DNA from: Spirogloea muscicola
Lineage: Eukaryota
Direction of reading: 5' to 3'
DNA: 64,000 nucleotides
Assembly: GCA_009602725.1 (NCBI GenBank)
Contig: WELB01000030.1
Location: 342,835-406,834 of the forward strand
Shown here: piece after piece, positions 15,709 through 28,896 of the stretch
Position numbering within the stretch: the stretch's first letter is position 1
Layout: each line of letters begins with the position of its first letter
Program-made: the position numbers and the translations under genes
The notes under the pieces: generated by a model
Databases searched by the model: none
Told to the model about the DNA's origin: nothing
The model's input: the letters and a program-made list of their open reading frames with translations, nothing else

Positions 15709-17449
15709 GGCCGCCATGCGAGCCTGCCCGAGTCAGCCGGTTTTCTCACCTATCCATTATCCATATGGATATTGTCACGGGCACGCCCCGGCGGTAAGAG
15801 TCAGGACAATAACCATGACCATAACTGCAACTGTAAACAGTCAGTTCCTCCAGCCGACAGCCACCTGAATATCGGTGGGCCTGCGGGCATAGTCCGTGGC
15901 CTGTTGTGGCCACAAGCTTCTGGGCTAGTGGGTTGCCAGCACGCTTCAATACTGTGCGAGCAACATGTGTAAGTGGCGCACGACTGTGTACGTGCGTCTC
16001 TGCATGACAGCCGCGGGCGGGCCCCACCGCAACACCCCGGCTTCGTCGCCGCCGCCTGCAGCCGTCCCGACGAGCAGGAGCGGCGTTCCACGGCCTGCAA
16101 GGCTTCCACTGCGCCGCACTCCGCAAAGAAGAACGCGTCGCCGCAGTCGGCCATTGCATCATCCCAGATTGCCCAGAACTTCGTCAGTCATCATTAGGAC
16201 CTCCTTCGTCTCCCTCCCCATCGCCTGTCACCTCGTGTTCCGTGGGAAGTCCGTCGTCTGCATCGCCTCCAATAGCCCCGTCCTCTGTCAGCGTGTCTAC
16301 AACCTGATGAGGCTCCAATATATATTTGTGTTGGTTGTGCAGCTGCAGAAGGTTTTCAATAGTACTGGCCTTCTCGAGCTTGTGACATGGAGGTGTTGCG
16401 TGTCACCACCGGCCTTGCCACTTGCAGTACATGTGGTAATTGATCTGGCGAGCGAGCACCAATGCGGAGTGCCACCCACCGGATTTCAGGCACACATGCT
16501 CAACACTACTGTGAATTGCCATGCTAGGTTGTTGCATGCTTTGACCTTGCAACAGGCCTCTTGACAGCAAGCGACTATAATGGACAGTTTGGAGGACGCC
16601 CGTACGAGTACATACATGGAAAGGGTCTTCAAAATCATTCACAAACCACGTCGCTGCTCTGCATGTCACAACCTGCTATCAGCTTGCCATCTTGGCTTGC
16701 CACAGCATCTGCGCCTGCTCAGTAGCAGCCAAGTGTGTGCCAACCAAATTGTCACAGAAGCAAATGTTTACAGATGCCGCACAAAGTCTGGGGTCCAAAT
16801 TAATGGGTTCAGCAGGCCATAGACATGACCAGTGGCTTCTGAGCATTTGAGCATATTTACTGTTGTGAAGATGCACTGCTGACCTTTGTACTGCTGCACT
16901 CCCACGAGTCTCATGAACAAGATACCTAGACATAGAATCTGACTGATCGACAAGCATTCATCTTGGCAACCCTCCTCGGCGACCTCCTCAGCACCTTTTA
17001 CCTTCTGTGCATACTTGCCTGTGGCGTATCTCATGAAGACTCGATCAGGCGCTTCGCTACTTTGACAAGCAATTCACCAGAGCGACCAGCAGCATGACAC
17101 GTGTTGATTGGAACACCCAACAGCCTGGCATGCAGTAATCGTGATATGCATGACCCAATGCTAGCTGTGACTGGCAGATCCCCATGCATCACATGAGCTA
17201 CAGGAGTTGTCTAATATTACGCTACTATGAGCAACCGGTAAATTGACGTGATCGCCAGCAAAGAATGCGGGGCAAGAAATGCTTGCCGGAGGGCATCTGA
17301 GGTCGCGAGCCACCATGCACAGGACCATGCACAGGTTTTTGACATGGGTGTCAGATTGGTGATTGCAGAGGTAACAGACGGCCAAGGCAGAGGCCTGCCA
17401 ATGAAGCATAACGCTCGTCCTTCTCTTGGACGAGTCATCATTCGAGTCA

Positions 17450-20400
17450 TCATTTGCCTCTGAGCTCGATGAGCTGCTGGACGACAGATGGGTCTGCTAG
17501 TGTGCTCGTGTCACCTTTCCAGGCAGCATAGATGCAAGATGTCAGAAACAAGAGAGCTGCATCCTCACCCATCCATTCTGATTGTGCTCAATTGACAGGG
17601 TCACTCTATGTATGTCGTAATGGCAAGCAAGACGGCCATCTTACCCAGCGAGTCTAGATCATTCGCTGCCAGCTTGCGCAGGATCCGCCGCATAATTTTC
17701 CCCGACCTCTGTGGGACAGGAGGGAGGCAAGATGTGAACCAAGCATCACTGGAGACAAAGCAGTCAACAACATCATGGGCTCTCTATTGCTGATGTAAGC
17801 CTGATACAAGGCACTGATAGATACACTTATCTAGGAAGCAATGAAAAAGGTTGGCACAGACCTGCAATATACCTAGCAAAATAAACTGCTGGCGAGTCAT
17901 AGAGGTTGTAAAACGAGAAATCTTACTGTCTTGGGCAGGCCTGGAGCCCAGTGGATGACATCTGGGGTGGCGAACGCTCCAATGTGATGTCTCACGGACT
18001 GGCGGAGAGCTGCTTTGATGCTGTCGCTGGGCTCAACCCTACAATACAGCAATTCAACATCGGTGGTTGTTCAAGATTGGATTGCAGCTCTGCTTTTATT
18101 GAATAGAAGCCCATTGGTTGCTTGTCTACGACCAGGAATTTTTGACATCCCATGTGCCTCATCTCTGCCTGCTATCGTCAGCACCAAGTATGTTGCTGGA
18201 CCCTACCCCTCCATGAGAGTAACGAAAGCATAGATTCCCTGGCCCTTGATGGGGTGCTCGTAACCCACCACAGCTGCCTGCATTTCGCGCAATAGCAATT
18301 ATCAGAAATGAAGTAGTAATTTCGTCCATGAACACCTGCTTTAACCTCAACTCCTGATACGAAAGCCCGCTTGGGCGCAACCAGATAGGGACTCAATCAT
18401 TGGAACGTGCAATGTTGCAGGTTTTGGTACAACAAGCACCCAAACATTCCAAACGACATCCAATCTGCTCTTACCTCTGCACATGATTCATGACCAACAA
18501 GGGCGCTCTCTACTTCGGCAGTCCCAATGCGGTGGCCACTGAGCAGAAGCAAAGGTATGACTTAGTGAATACCAGCATCCATGGCAAGTGCTATGACATT
18601 TATCACCGCGTTCGGTGGACATTTCAGGCGGATGAGAAGAGTCTCATACATACCTGACATTAATAACGTCATCTACTCGGCCAGTTAACCAATAGTAGCC
18701 ATCGCTATCTCGTCTACAACCGTCCCCAGTGAAATAGTATCCCTACTTGACATCAGCAAACAGCTGGGGAGGTCAGTGTCACTTTAGCTGTATTTCAGTC
18801 TTTGTGAGCTCCTGATCTGAGGCACTTGGTCAACGACCTGGAGTCAGGAGGCGACTAGCCCCTTTGTCTGCATTGAAGAAAATCAACTACTAACTTGTTT
18901 GACGAGTCTGTATTGTATCTACATATACTTTGAATGCCGCAAAGTAAGTTGCCTCAAAACGCTTGTGATCCCCACGGACAGTGCGCATGCAGCTTGGCCA
19001 CGCCCTTTTGATGACAAGGTATCCACTGCAAGGCCCCTGAAAAAGCGCAAAAGCACAAGCATTTAGCATGCACACTGTGCAAGGACACGACTAGTGTGAC
19101 ACAAAAGGTAAGACTGAGAGATAGTGCAGCATACAATCGATACTTTATTTGAAGCACTACTGTCAATTATAGCAATGTATAAGCAGTGTATGATCATTTC
19201 GGCTTCGGACCCTTGTTGACACGGAATCATGTGGACTTACATCAAGCTCCTTTCCATTCTCGTCAAGTACTGCTGGCTCAACTCCAAAGAAAGGCAGCGT
19301 AGCTGAGCCTGGTTTCAGCGGCCAAGCTCCAGGGAGCGGTGTGATCTGTTGCCAGCTAGGAGTTAGTTTAAGGCATCAGCTATATAATTGATTTCTCAAG
19401 GAGGATCAATGCTGGAATGATGTTGCCTCTGCAGGTAAAGTGGAAAGCTAGTGATACCAAACAAAGTTAAGCTAGGATCCTGGCACATTCTTTTTGGTAC
19501 TCTGCAGCAGTGGTGGAACTAGCATGTGCACACCATGATACCGCCTGTCTCTGTCTGCCACCATGTGTCGACGATTGGGCACCTTGTCCTGCCTATCACG
19601 GTGTGATACCACCTGCCCGAAAGATTTCGGCAGTCAATGTACTGTGGCAGTAAGCGCGAGCAATGAGCCATGAGGAAGGACGTGTATTGGGTATTCATGA
19701 AAGCTCCAAAGTAAATGACACCAACTTAAAGCCTCAAAGATGAATAAGCGTCAATTGCTCCCAAGTCTTAATACAGGTAGTGCTAGAACCAAGCAGGAAA
19801 CTATTGAAGCGGTTAAGCAGCAGCAGCTGCCTTTAATACCTCCATGCTTCGGGGTTTATAGGTTCGCCAACGCTTCCCAGAAGCCTCAAGGATGATAAAG
19901 AATACTTCAGAGGATACTGCAGCATGCACATAAGCATGTAAGCCAGCCAAGCTTATCTAAACATGTCAGTGCTTGATAACAATGCATGCATAGTTTAGGA
20001 GGTCATGATCATTGACGACTAAGCTACACAGCATGGGTAACTGTGTCGCATCACAAATATAAGATAATGCATGTACAAGGAGTACTGTCCACCTCATCTC
20101 CACACCGCATGAGCGCCCGTATAGCGGTGGGAGCTGTGTAGAAGACAGTGACTTTGTACCTGCCAGTAATCACCAGGATAACGCAGTTGGACTAAATCAA
20201 CACTTCAACAAATCTGCTTACGATGTAATCGCATAGCCTGCGCCAACAGTACTGTATGTTTTGGACATTATAAATAAACAGCTGGCTAGAAGAGTGCATC
20301 ACTGACTTATCGATAACTTCCCAACAGCGTCCAGCATCTGGGTGGGTTGGTACACCCTCAAAGACCACAACTGTGGCTCCATTTAGAAGCGGACCATAAG

Positions 20401-23160
20401 TCAGGTAGCTGTGGCCAGTGATCCACCCACAGTCTGCCGTACACCTACAACCCATGCAGTGGTGTTGGGCTCAGTGGTGTTGGGCTCAGATTGAAGCAGC
20501 TGTAGCCCCATGCCGGGAAAATCTGCTGATTTTGATCGCTGGCTGAATCAGAAGGTGTGATTCATGCAAGTAGATGGCTATTTTCTTTTCTGTGGATTGC
20601 AAGGCTGAAAATTTTCACACGAAGTTGCATACCAGAATATGTCGTCGTCGTGGTAATCAAAAATGTATTTGTAGGTGGTAGCAGCGCCAACCATGTACCC
20701 AGCTGTGCTGTGTTGTACCCCTTTTGGCTTGCCAGTACTCCCGGATGTATACAGCATAAATAGCGGAGCCTCAGCATCCATCCATTCCACCTGCAAGTCG
20801 ACAATATTCAGTGAATTTAGAAAGGGGCTTACAGAGTGCAATGTGGCCAGTACCCAGAATGTTTGCTTTGCACACACTGTCATTGTGATCCGCTTGCTTC
20901 ACCAATTGCAAGGAGGGAAGAGCATTGGGGAAGAGATAGCAGAGCCATCTCACAGACAGAAAGCAAACTCCTCATCTGCTGTAGCTTGACTCAGTCACAG
21001 TGGCATGCTTGGGCAGTAAAGACAGCTTGTGCTCAAAGAGTGTCAACTGACAGGACATGTCGATTCTTGAGCTTCCACCGCATCTTGCCACCAGACATCA
21101 CGTCCTTCTACCCAAGGGATCTCCTTCCTCTGCAGCTCATGTTGATTGCACAATAATGTCATAATACACAGTGCTGCAGTGTGCAAGGACACATGCAGAA
21201 AAAATGGATGCGACAACACTCATTCGCATTATTTTGCATGTACAAGCAAGCACGGAAATAGAGTAGTGCAGGCGGTTGTTCACCTCTACAGCTAGCTTGT
21301 TGTCATATATAAGCACCGTCTGGACCTCGAAGTTGTCCTTCTTGCACAGGTTTATTGCACCGTCAACCTGGGCAAATCTCAACAGAGAGGTGAGGGAGGA
21401 CTAGCTCCATGCTAAATGGGTGATATATGAAGCTGGTTATGGCAGTTGATCCACGTGTGTGGCCATCAAGTGTAGTCATCCACCAAGTATATGGTCATTC
21501 TCATTGACCATCTTCAAATTCTGAGTTTTGAAGTTACGTACTGTTTGTGTCTGTGTGGTGGAGTGATGACTACTGCAACTAATTGACAGCAAAAGTGGAT
21601 ATCGTGTTCTGATGCACCAAGGGCAGCTTCAGCTTAAGGATGCCCTTACAATACTCTTCAGTGCAATAAGCTTCGTCCCTCGCATAACGGCCGTTGCAGA
21701 TAGCAGCACTTTTGATCCTGAGTCTTGCATCCTGCCGGCCAGTGACTCGGCAGAGAAGCCGGCAAAGACAACCGAGTGCACAGCCCCAATACGTGCACAG
21801 GCTAGCATTGCTAGCTCCACAAGGCCGGAGGATGACAAGGAGGTGGTGTTAGGCCTCTAGTATGATGCGTTGGGTGAGGCCAATCATTTGTCATCCTCTC
21901 GAAATGTGGACATAGAGCTAAGATATGCCTTTGCAAGAGAAAGGCATGAGAGCATTTTAGAGTGTCAATGACTAAGTTGCACACGTATACTGATATGGAG
22001 CTCCAAAATTAGCAGTGAAAAATACTTTCAATACTGACCTGCTGGAAGCTCTGGAACCATTGGCAAGTATATGCTGACTGTGTCTCCCTTTACGACATTG
22101 ATACTCTTCAGGTAGTTGGCTACCTTGCAAACCTGTGCCAGGCAGTATTGAAGGTCACTTGCAAGCTTCACAAGAAGTGTCACTCCAACCTTCACAAGAA
22201 GTATCACTCCTCCTTGCAGTATTGGGGTCTCACTAGTGCCTGTACCTCGTTGAGGAGTTCTCTGTAGGTCCAGCTGCCGCTTATTCCAATGTCATTGCCT
22301 TCCCAAATAAAGGCCACCTTGTCTCCGCGGCCTGCCTTTACGTGCCTATCGAGAGCATTGTAGCAGATATTTGTCTCAGCACCTATGAACCACTTTATGT
22401 CCACGGGCCCCTTGCTCGAGTCAAAATTGTAGGACGTGAATGGCTCCTGCAGATAAAGAAACGGAGCCAATGAGTTTATCAATGAAGGATGGAGACCAAT
22501 TTGTGATGACTTGTGCAGCTGCTCGCCTGCTCGTCTGCTGTGTCTTAAGTCTACACAACAAAGTGGCCTTGACAGTAAGATTGGCCTTGACGAGGATTTC
22601 TATAGATTCAGCAGGCGTCCCGCTTCACTGGATGTCAATCTCAGTAGCCTTGCAATAAGCAATTGAGCACACATGGCAGCAGGTGAGATTCAGATTGCAG
22701 TTACACTTGGTGAGGTTGCACGAGACAAGACATATTATCTGGACAACACTGACGCCTTCAAGGCTCCCCCGTCTATTGTACTACGGGTACAACGGCTGCA
22801 TTACGATGGCCTTGTTGCCAGGCGTAGCTTAGGAGACGGAAGGCTGTGGAGCACGCACGTCTTGCTGGCCAGCCGTCCAGCTGGTGCGCTCAGGCAGGCG
22901 GCAGGCCGCGCGGGTGAGCGCACCTCCCAGCTCTTCTCCCAGTGGAAGTCCGCGGCGACGTCGCCCCAGAAGCCCGCGGGGTCCTCAAGGGACCGCTGGT
23001 ACATGGCGTCGTACAGCTGGCACGAGCCGACGAGCGCGCGGTCGGCGAAGGCCTTGGGAGGCGGGAACAGGCGCGCGACCTCGGCGGCGGCCTGCGCGGC
23101 GGCGGCGGTGTCGAAGTCCATGAGCTCGCCGGCGTCGTCTGGCGCCGCCGCCGCCGCCAT
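17450..23160 (-). CDS. ACS: Acetyl-CoA synthetase (AMP-forming acetate-CoA ligase); the start may lie further upstream (transit peptide)
   Basis: Exons give [160 protein letters not shown]. Confidence 0.96.
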
Positions 23161-23502
23161 GGCGGCCGCCTCTGCCGGCGACGCAGGCCGCAGGGGCGGG
23201 ACGGCCAGAGCTCGCGCTGCCAACTGGCCCGGGGGGGGTGCGGCCGTTACGGCTCCGCTTCACGCCAGACGCCACTGCGCTGGCCGAGACGGTGGTTTCG
23301 GGCTTTCTGAACGGGGCGGCGTGGCTCCCGGTGGCCTCCAGGTGCTGCAGCCGGGCCGCAGCCCCAGCTTGTCCTGCGTGGAAGGCTGCAGCCCACTTGT
23401 CCGCGAGGCATTGGCACAAGCGGATAAGCGGAACCCTCGGTCCGCGGCCGTCGTGGCAGGGGTCCAGCCTGAGCTGGTCTAGCTTCGGAAGAAGTGGAAT
23501 GG

Positions 23503-24060
23503 AAGCGCGGCCAAATTGACTGGTGGATGTAAGAGGCCAGCCCAAAACAATGGACAAGTTGAATGGAAGCTTTCTTAAAAAACGGAAGTGGCTCTCCCAA
23601 TGGGGGCAACAGCTGTGATAAGCCAGCCCGAAAAGAATTGACTAGTTTCGAAGGGGCCAGACTAAGAAGGGGCCAGAGGAATGTGCTCGCCCATAGAGAA
23701 GAGTGACTGGCAAAGCCAGCCCAAAAGGGGCCAGAAGCGCTAATTCAGAAAATGGGGGAGGATGTATCACTCAATAACAACGAGGGAGAGTCCGACAGAC
23801 TAGCTGGCGGAAAACAATTCCCCATCATAAAAAGGGGCGATGCTGTGCAAGGAAAAGTCACCTCAGCCAAACGGTGGCGAGGGCTGTCAAAGAAAGCGCT
23901 GTTGTCTGGAAACGCTGTTGATTGGAAGCGCTGTTGTTTCGAAGAAAGAAAGAATGAGCCAGCCCGAAGAAGATGTCAGAGTTCGAAGGGGTTGGAAGAT
24001 AAGAACGACAGCTCTTCCAATGGCTGTGAGAGGGCAGTGCCCAAACGAATGTATAAAGCC
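23503..24060 (+). repeat. Degenerate tandem array of motif M (GCCAGCCC core) upstream of ACS
   Basis: gccagccc at 23536, 23622, 23715 and 23958 (first spacings 86 and 93 bp), with further decayed units (gctgtgagagggcagtgcccaaacgaatg near 24022). The first unit matches 8036-8094. Confidence 0.6.
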
Positions 24061-24840
24061 GCTAAAAGACACAATTGAGCAAGTACAAGTAAGGAAGTGA
24101 ATGCGGCCTTAACGGGCCGAGGGCTGGCAAAGAGAAGGGGGCAAGGGACCCCCAAAACCCCAGGCCACCGCCGGCGCCATCGCCGGCGGCGACCGCCATG
24201 GATTCGCGGCGAGTAAGCCCCCTCCCGACCCGGGGCCCCCACCGGCCACCCCCCGCACCCGCAGCTTCTGTGACCCACGCCCCCCCTGCGCCCACCGCCG
24301 CAAATCCCGTGGTCGTGGCGCCGCCCGCCGTCGCCGCCCTCGCAGCGCCGCCCCGCTCCGCATCGCCCCAACCGCGCGCTCACTGCGCCGCCGACGGAGC
24401 CGGCCCCGAGGACCCCCTGGCCAAGCACGCCTGCCAGGTCCATCACGACGCCTCGCCCGAGGCCGAGGTCGAGGCGGCAGCCACCCGCAGTGCCCAGCCT
24501 CCAGCGCCGCAGTCACCGCTTCGATCCATCCTCTTCTCCTCCCTCCTCCACTCCCTCAGGGCGCCAACTCCGCCGCCACCACCGCCGCCATTCCCTCTTC
24601 CTTCACTGCGCCCCCGCCCCCTCCACCGTCCACACCTTCGCCATCGCCTCCATCAGCGCCTCTTCCGCCTTCCCCATCACCCCCCCCCGCCGCCACCCCC
24701 GCAAGTGCACCCCCCCGCCGCCCGAGCTCCTGGAGGCCCTCGGTGCCAGCGGCCGCGCTAAGGCTCCCGCAGTCTGTCCGTGCACGCGCGCGCCTGCGCG
24801 CCACGCGCCAGCCTCAACTGCTCGGTGCCCGTTGCAGCTA

Positions 24841-25582
24841 CCGGGGCTCGTGGCCCCATCGCCCCTGTCTGTGCAGCATCACCACAGGATCCTCAGATCA
24901 GGGAGCAAAACAATATATCGCCTTCCGCTCCAGAGACGCGACGAGCACACCTGTTATCGCCTCAACCCTTAAGAATTGAAAGGACCCACGAGTTGACCAC
25001 GTTCCTCAATCCACAAGGTACCATGTCCCCTGTGCGTGAGCCTGATTTGCCTGTGTGTGCATCTTCCGCGACAGCGGTACCGCAGCTGCAGCGACCCGCC
25101 GCGCCGTCGCCTCCACTGCCACCGGGACGGAGGTGGTGGGAACCGCGCCGCGGATGGTGGCGGCGAAGGGGGCGAGGAGGAGGAGAAAGGTGGATGCGGT
25201 GAGGGGGGCGACCCGGGTGGCGGGCGGGTGGACGTCAGGGAGGGCGGCGTCGGCGAGAAGGTGGGGTTTGTGAAGGCCGCGGCGTGGATGTGGACAGCAG
25301 TGGTGATGATGATGGAGTGGAGGCGACGGCGCGGCTGTTCGCTGCAGCTGCGGCACCGCTGTCGAGGAAGATGCACACACAGGGAAACTAGGCACACGCA
25401 CAGGACATGGTTACCTGTGGTGTGTAGAACGAGTTCACCTCATGGGTCCCTTCACACCTCAAGGGTTGAGGCGCTAAAATGGGTGCTCGTGGCGTCTCAC
25501 GAGCGGGAGGCCATATATTGGTCCGCTCTTTGATCCCGTTGTGATGCTGCACAGACAGGGGCGATGGGGCCGCGAGCCGCGG
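24841..25582. repeat. Imperfect inverted repeat: ~270 bp arms (24841-25117 and 25316-25582) around a ~200 bp G-rich spacer; the right arm runs into a gap
   Basis: Left arm ggccccatcgcccctgtctgtgcagcatcac...cctcaaccctt...cctgtgtgtgcatcttcc..gcagctgcagcga..gccgcgccgtcgcctccact is matched colinearly by the reverse complement of the right arm. Confidence 0.9.
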
Positions 25583-26268
25583 NNNNNNNNNNNNNNNNNN
25601 NNNNNNNNNNNNNNNNNNNNNNNNNNNNNNNNNNNNNNNNNNNNNNNNNNNNNNNNNNNNNNNNNNNNNNNNNNNNNNNNNNNNNNNNNNNNNNNNNNNN
25701 NNNNNNNNNNNNNNNNNNNNNNNNNNNNNNNNNNNNNNNNNNNNNNNNNNNNNNNNNNNNNNNNNNNNNNNNNNNNNNNNNNNNNNNNNNNNNNNNNNNN
25801 NNNNNNNNNNNNNNNNNNNNNNNNNNNNNNNNNNNNNNNNNNNNNNNNNNNNNNNNNNNNNNNNNNNNNNNNNNNNNNNNNNNNNNNNNNNNNNNNNNNN
25901 NNNNNNNNNNNNNNNNNNNNNNNNNNNNNNNNNNNNNNNNNNNNNNNNNNNNNNNNNNNNNNNNNNNNNNNNNNNNNNNNNNNNNNNNNNNNNNNNNNNN
26001 NNNNNNNNNNNNNNNNNNNNNNNNNNNNNNNNNNNNNNNNNNNNNNNNNNNNNNNNNNNNNNNNNNNNNNNNNNNNNNNNNNNNNNNNNNNNNNNNNNNN
26101 NNNNNNNNNNNNNNNNNNNNNNNNNNNNNNNNNNNNNNNNNNNNNNNNNNNNNNNNNNNNNNNNNNNNNNNNNNNNNNNNNNNNNNNNNNNNNNNNNNNN
26201 NNNNNNNNNNNNNNNNNNNNNNNNNNNNNNNNNNNNNNNNNNNNNNNNNNNNNNNNNNNNNNNNNNNN

Positions 26269-26600
26269 AGCGAGGACCCAAGCAGCCGAAAGTGTCGATT
26301 GCGGCCGGGAGGAGGTGGTCACTGCGGGGGTAGTCTGAGTAGTGTCGGAGCTTTTTCTGCTCAGCACCTCCCACTGCGTGGCCAGCAATGTTTGTGGAAG
26401 CGGAACTCTTGTATGCCTCAGTCACCACCACATCAACCAAAGCTCGTGGGCCTCCGCCAGGTTGTACACCCACAATGTCCAGGGTGCGACGGTGATGGCC
26501 TCCCTGGGAATCCGTGGTGATGGGCATTACATTGCTCACTTCAACGATGGCGCGGTAGCCGGCGTCGCGCATCAAGCCCGCCAGGGCAGGGGGTTTTGGA
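26269..26600 (-). mobile_element. Fragment of a non-LTR retrotransposon restriction-like endonuclease (RLE) domain, CRE-like
   Basis: RRTLDIVGVQPGGGPRALVDVVVTEA..GHAVGGAEQKKLRHYSD..LLPAAIDTFGCLG fits the R-x-x-D..DV..AE-x-x-K-x-x-x-Y..P-x-A-x-(D/E)T-x-G-x-L-G pattern of RLE C-termini. Truncated by the gap. Confidence 0.78.
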
Positions 26601-26640
26601 GGGGCGGCGGCAGTGGAGACCACGTCTGGAGAAGTGGATG

Positions 26641-27760
26641 GAAGAAGGGCGCGCGGTGCGCATGAAATTGAAAGGGAGGCCAATTCTAGCCTTACAAATG
26701 TCCTGGTAACTGGGTAATGAGCTGGCTAAGGGGGACACTAATATCCCCGAGTAATAAGCACATGCTTATCTGACAAGCTATACTGAGGAGCCAAACCACC
26801 ACCACGGAAGCCATTAGCCTGGGCTAATGCACGACCAGCACCCTGGTGAATCGCGAATGCTTGGGAGCGCTGCAGACTCGATGATAGCCCATCCTATAGC
26901 ATGCAATGATGGCTTGCGGGACGAATGGAGGCCAATGCCAGCCTTACAAAGAGTCTTGGTGACGGGGCAAGAAGCTGGCTGAGGGGGACACTGGTATCCA
27001 CTAGTGTCCACGATCTCCATGCAGCAGGCTCGCTTGCGCAGGTGCATGGCATGCGCCTGTTCGTCTCGCTAAAGAGGTCCAAGGCTCGCGCGCTGCATCT
27101 ACGTGCCGGTCGTGCCTTAGCTGCAGTCTCTGGCCGTGGCCAGGGGACCCGCTACCAGGGAGCCAGTTTCTCCGACCTGCGGGCTGCTTAACAGGGTTAC
27201 TGAGTGTTTCGTAGCTACTTGATTTCCACGAGTGAGCATGTACATATCTGACAAGCTAAGCTGAGGAGCCAGACCATCACCACGGAAGCATTAGCCTGGC
27301 CTAGTGCGTGCTCAGCATGCCGGTGTATCGCGAGTGCCTGGGAGCACTGCAGACTCAAAGATAGCCGCATTCTATAGCAAGTGGGCTCTCAATAACCTCT
27401 AGTCACTAAGTGCAAGTCAGAAGAAGCAGACGGCGGAAAAGCAACAATTGCATGCGGGACACTAGAGTGCCCTACGCAACCCGCCCAACTACGTCGGCGG
27501 GCATCGACAAGCTGTGCCAGGCGATGGAGGAAAGAGGACCATTTCATTCCGTATCCGCCATAAAGCTCCACGGCGCTTAAGAAGAAGTGTTCGCGCCCGG
27601 GGTGATTCTTATAATGTCGCTCCTTCCTTTTCTCCGCGTGATCCATCGCCCAACCTGGCTCAGTCGGCGTGGGTGAAGCCACACCATGCTGGACCCCTGC
27701 CACGACGGCCGTGGACCATGTAACTTCCTTTACCACCTTGTAAGTCTTCATCACCCACTT
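26641..27760 (-). mobile_element. Rearranged 3' part of the same RLE element: ORF end, duplicated 3' UTR, inverted internal piece and 3' terminus
   Basis: ORF end GWAMDHAEKRKERHY..FFLSAVELYGGYG..SDLHLVTRGY* stops at 27389. UTR blocks are duplicated (26675-26752 ~ 26927-27005; 26757-26901 ~ 27236-27379). A plus-strand piece LFVSLKRSKARALHLRAGRALAA lies at ~27050-27190. Terminus motif at 26641-26685. Confidence 0.78.
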
Positions 27761-28896
27761 TGATGTAGGATTGATTAAACAGACATGGGCAACCGCCGAC
27801 CACAGCATTGATAACGCAGGTCTAGCAGTTACATCCTTCTGAAGCTTCAAAGCTTGCCAATAGTAGCACTGCTCGGCAGGCCTATCCGCCCAAGTCATCT
27901 CAACTTGCCATCCACAATCACCAACATGTAAGGGTCTATTGCGGAACCAGTCCTTATACTGAGCAGGGACTCGACGGTAGGAGCTACAGCAGAGTGTGCG
28001 ATGCTCACCTTGCATGGAGTGCTGACAGATGCGCCACGACAGTGTGCCAGGGCAGACAATTTGTTGCGCTGACTTGATTTTGCAGAACATGAGAACCTCT
28101 CCTTTTGACACAAGTGAACCTGCAGCATGACCCCTGCTAGAGGGAAGAGCCTCCTTGAGTAAGCTGACACCTCCAATATACTTCCAGCCTGCAGCAAAAG
28201 CCAAAGATGCACTCAGCTATGCAACCTTGCATTTGGCACCACAGCAAATATAGCAGGGACAATGGAAGAAGACAAAACCACACGATGGAGTAGAAGAACC
28301 TACTTAATGCAGTCTGGCACGAACCACATGCGCCTACAATCTACATTACCGACTAAAAGTCCGGGGCCTGGATATTTCTGACAGCCATTTTCTGGATAAA
28401 TCTTGGACCGTGGTGATGGAGCTTGCTCACCTGATGCTTTACATGGTAGAGAGGCTCCTCTGGTGAGTAAGCAGTTTTGATGCTGTAAATTACCTTGCGT
28501 TCACTAACTCCTGAGATGACGGAATGGCATTTTGAGAAAGTGCAATCACACCTTGCAGAGATGGATAGTCATATCTGTGTCAGGTGAGATATGCACTCCC
28601 TGTGCAACCAACCAACAATGGATTGAGTCAATAATTTGGCAATTCAGCACGCTGGTGAGACAGATCAGTGTATAAGCAGAAGGCTGACCAAAAGGGCACA
28701 ACTGAGAACCAACACAAGTACAGCATACAGAAGGCTGACAATAGCACAGCAGCACTGAGTTGCATGTCAAGCAAACACATGAATTGGCCTCTTCTTTAGT
28801 CAAGCAAGGTGCAAGGCAAGTGACAGGAGAGACTTTCCAAATTGTGATGCATAGGCGGTATACCAAGTCAATTGAGGCCGACTTGAGGTCCAGAGG

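Noticed and set aside
24109..24800. Pro/Ala-rich ORFs on both strands
   Set aside because: Low-complexity C-rich sequence with no recognisable domain or splice structure.
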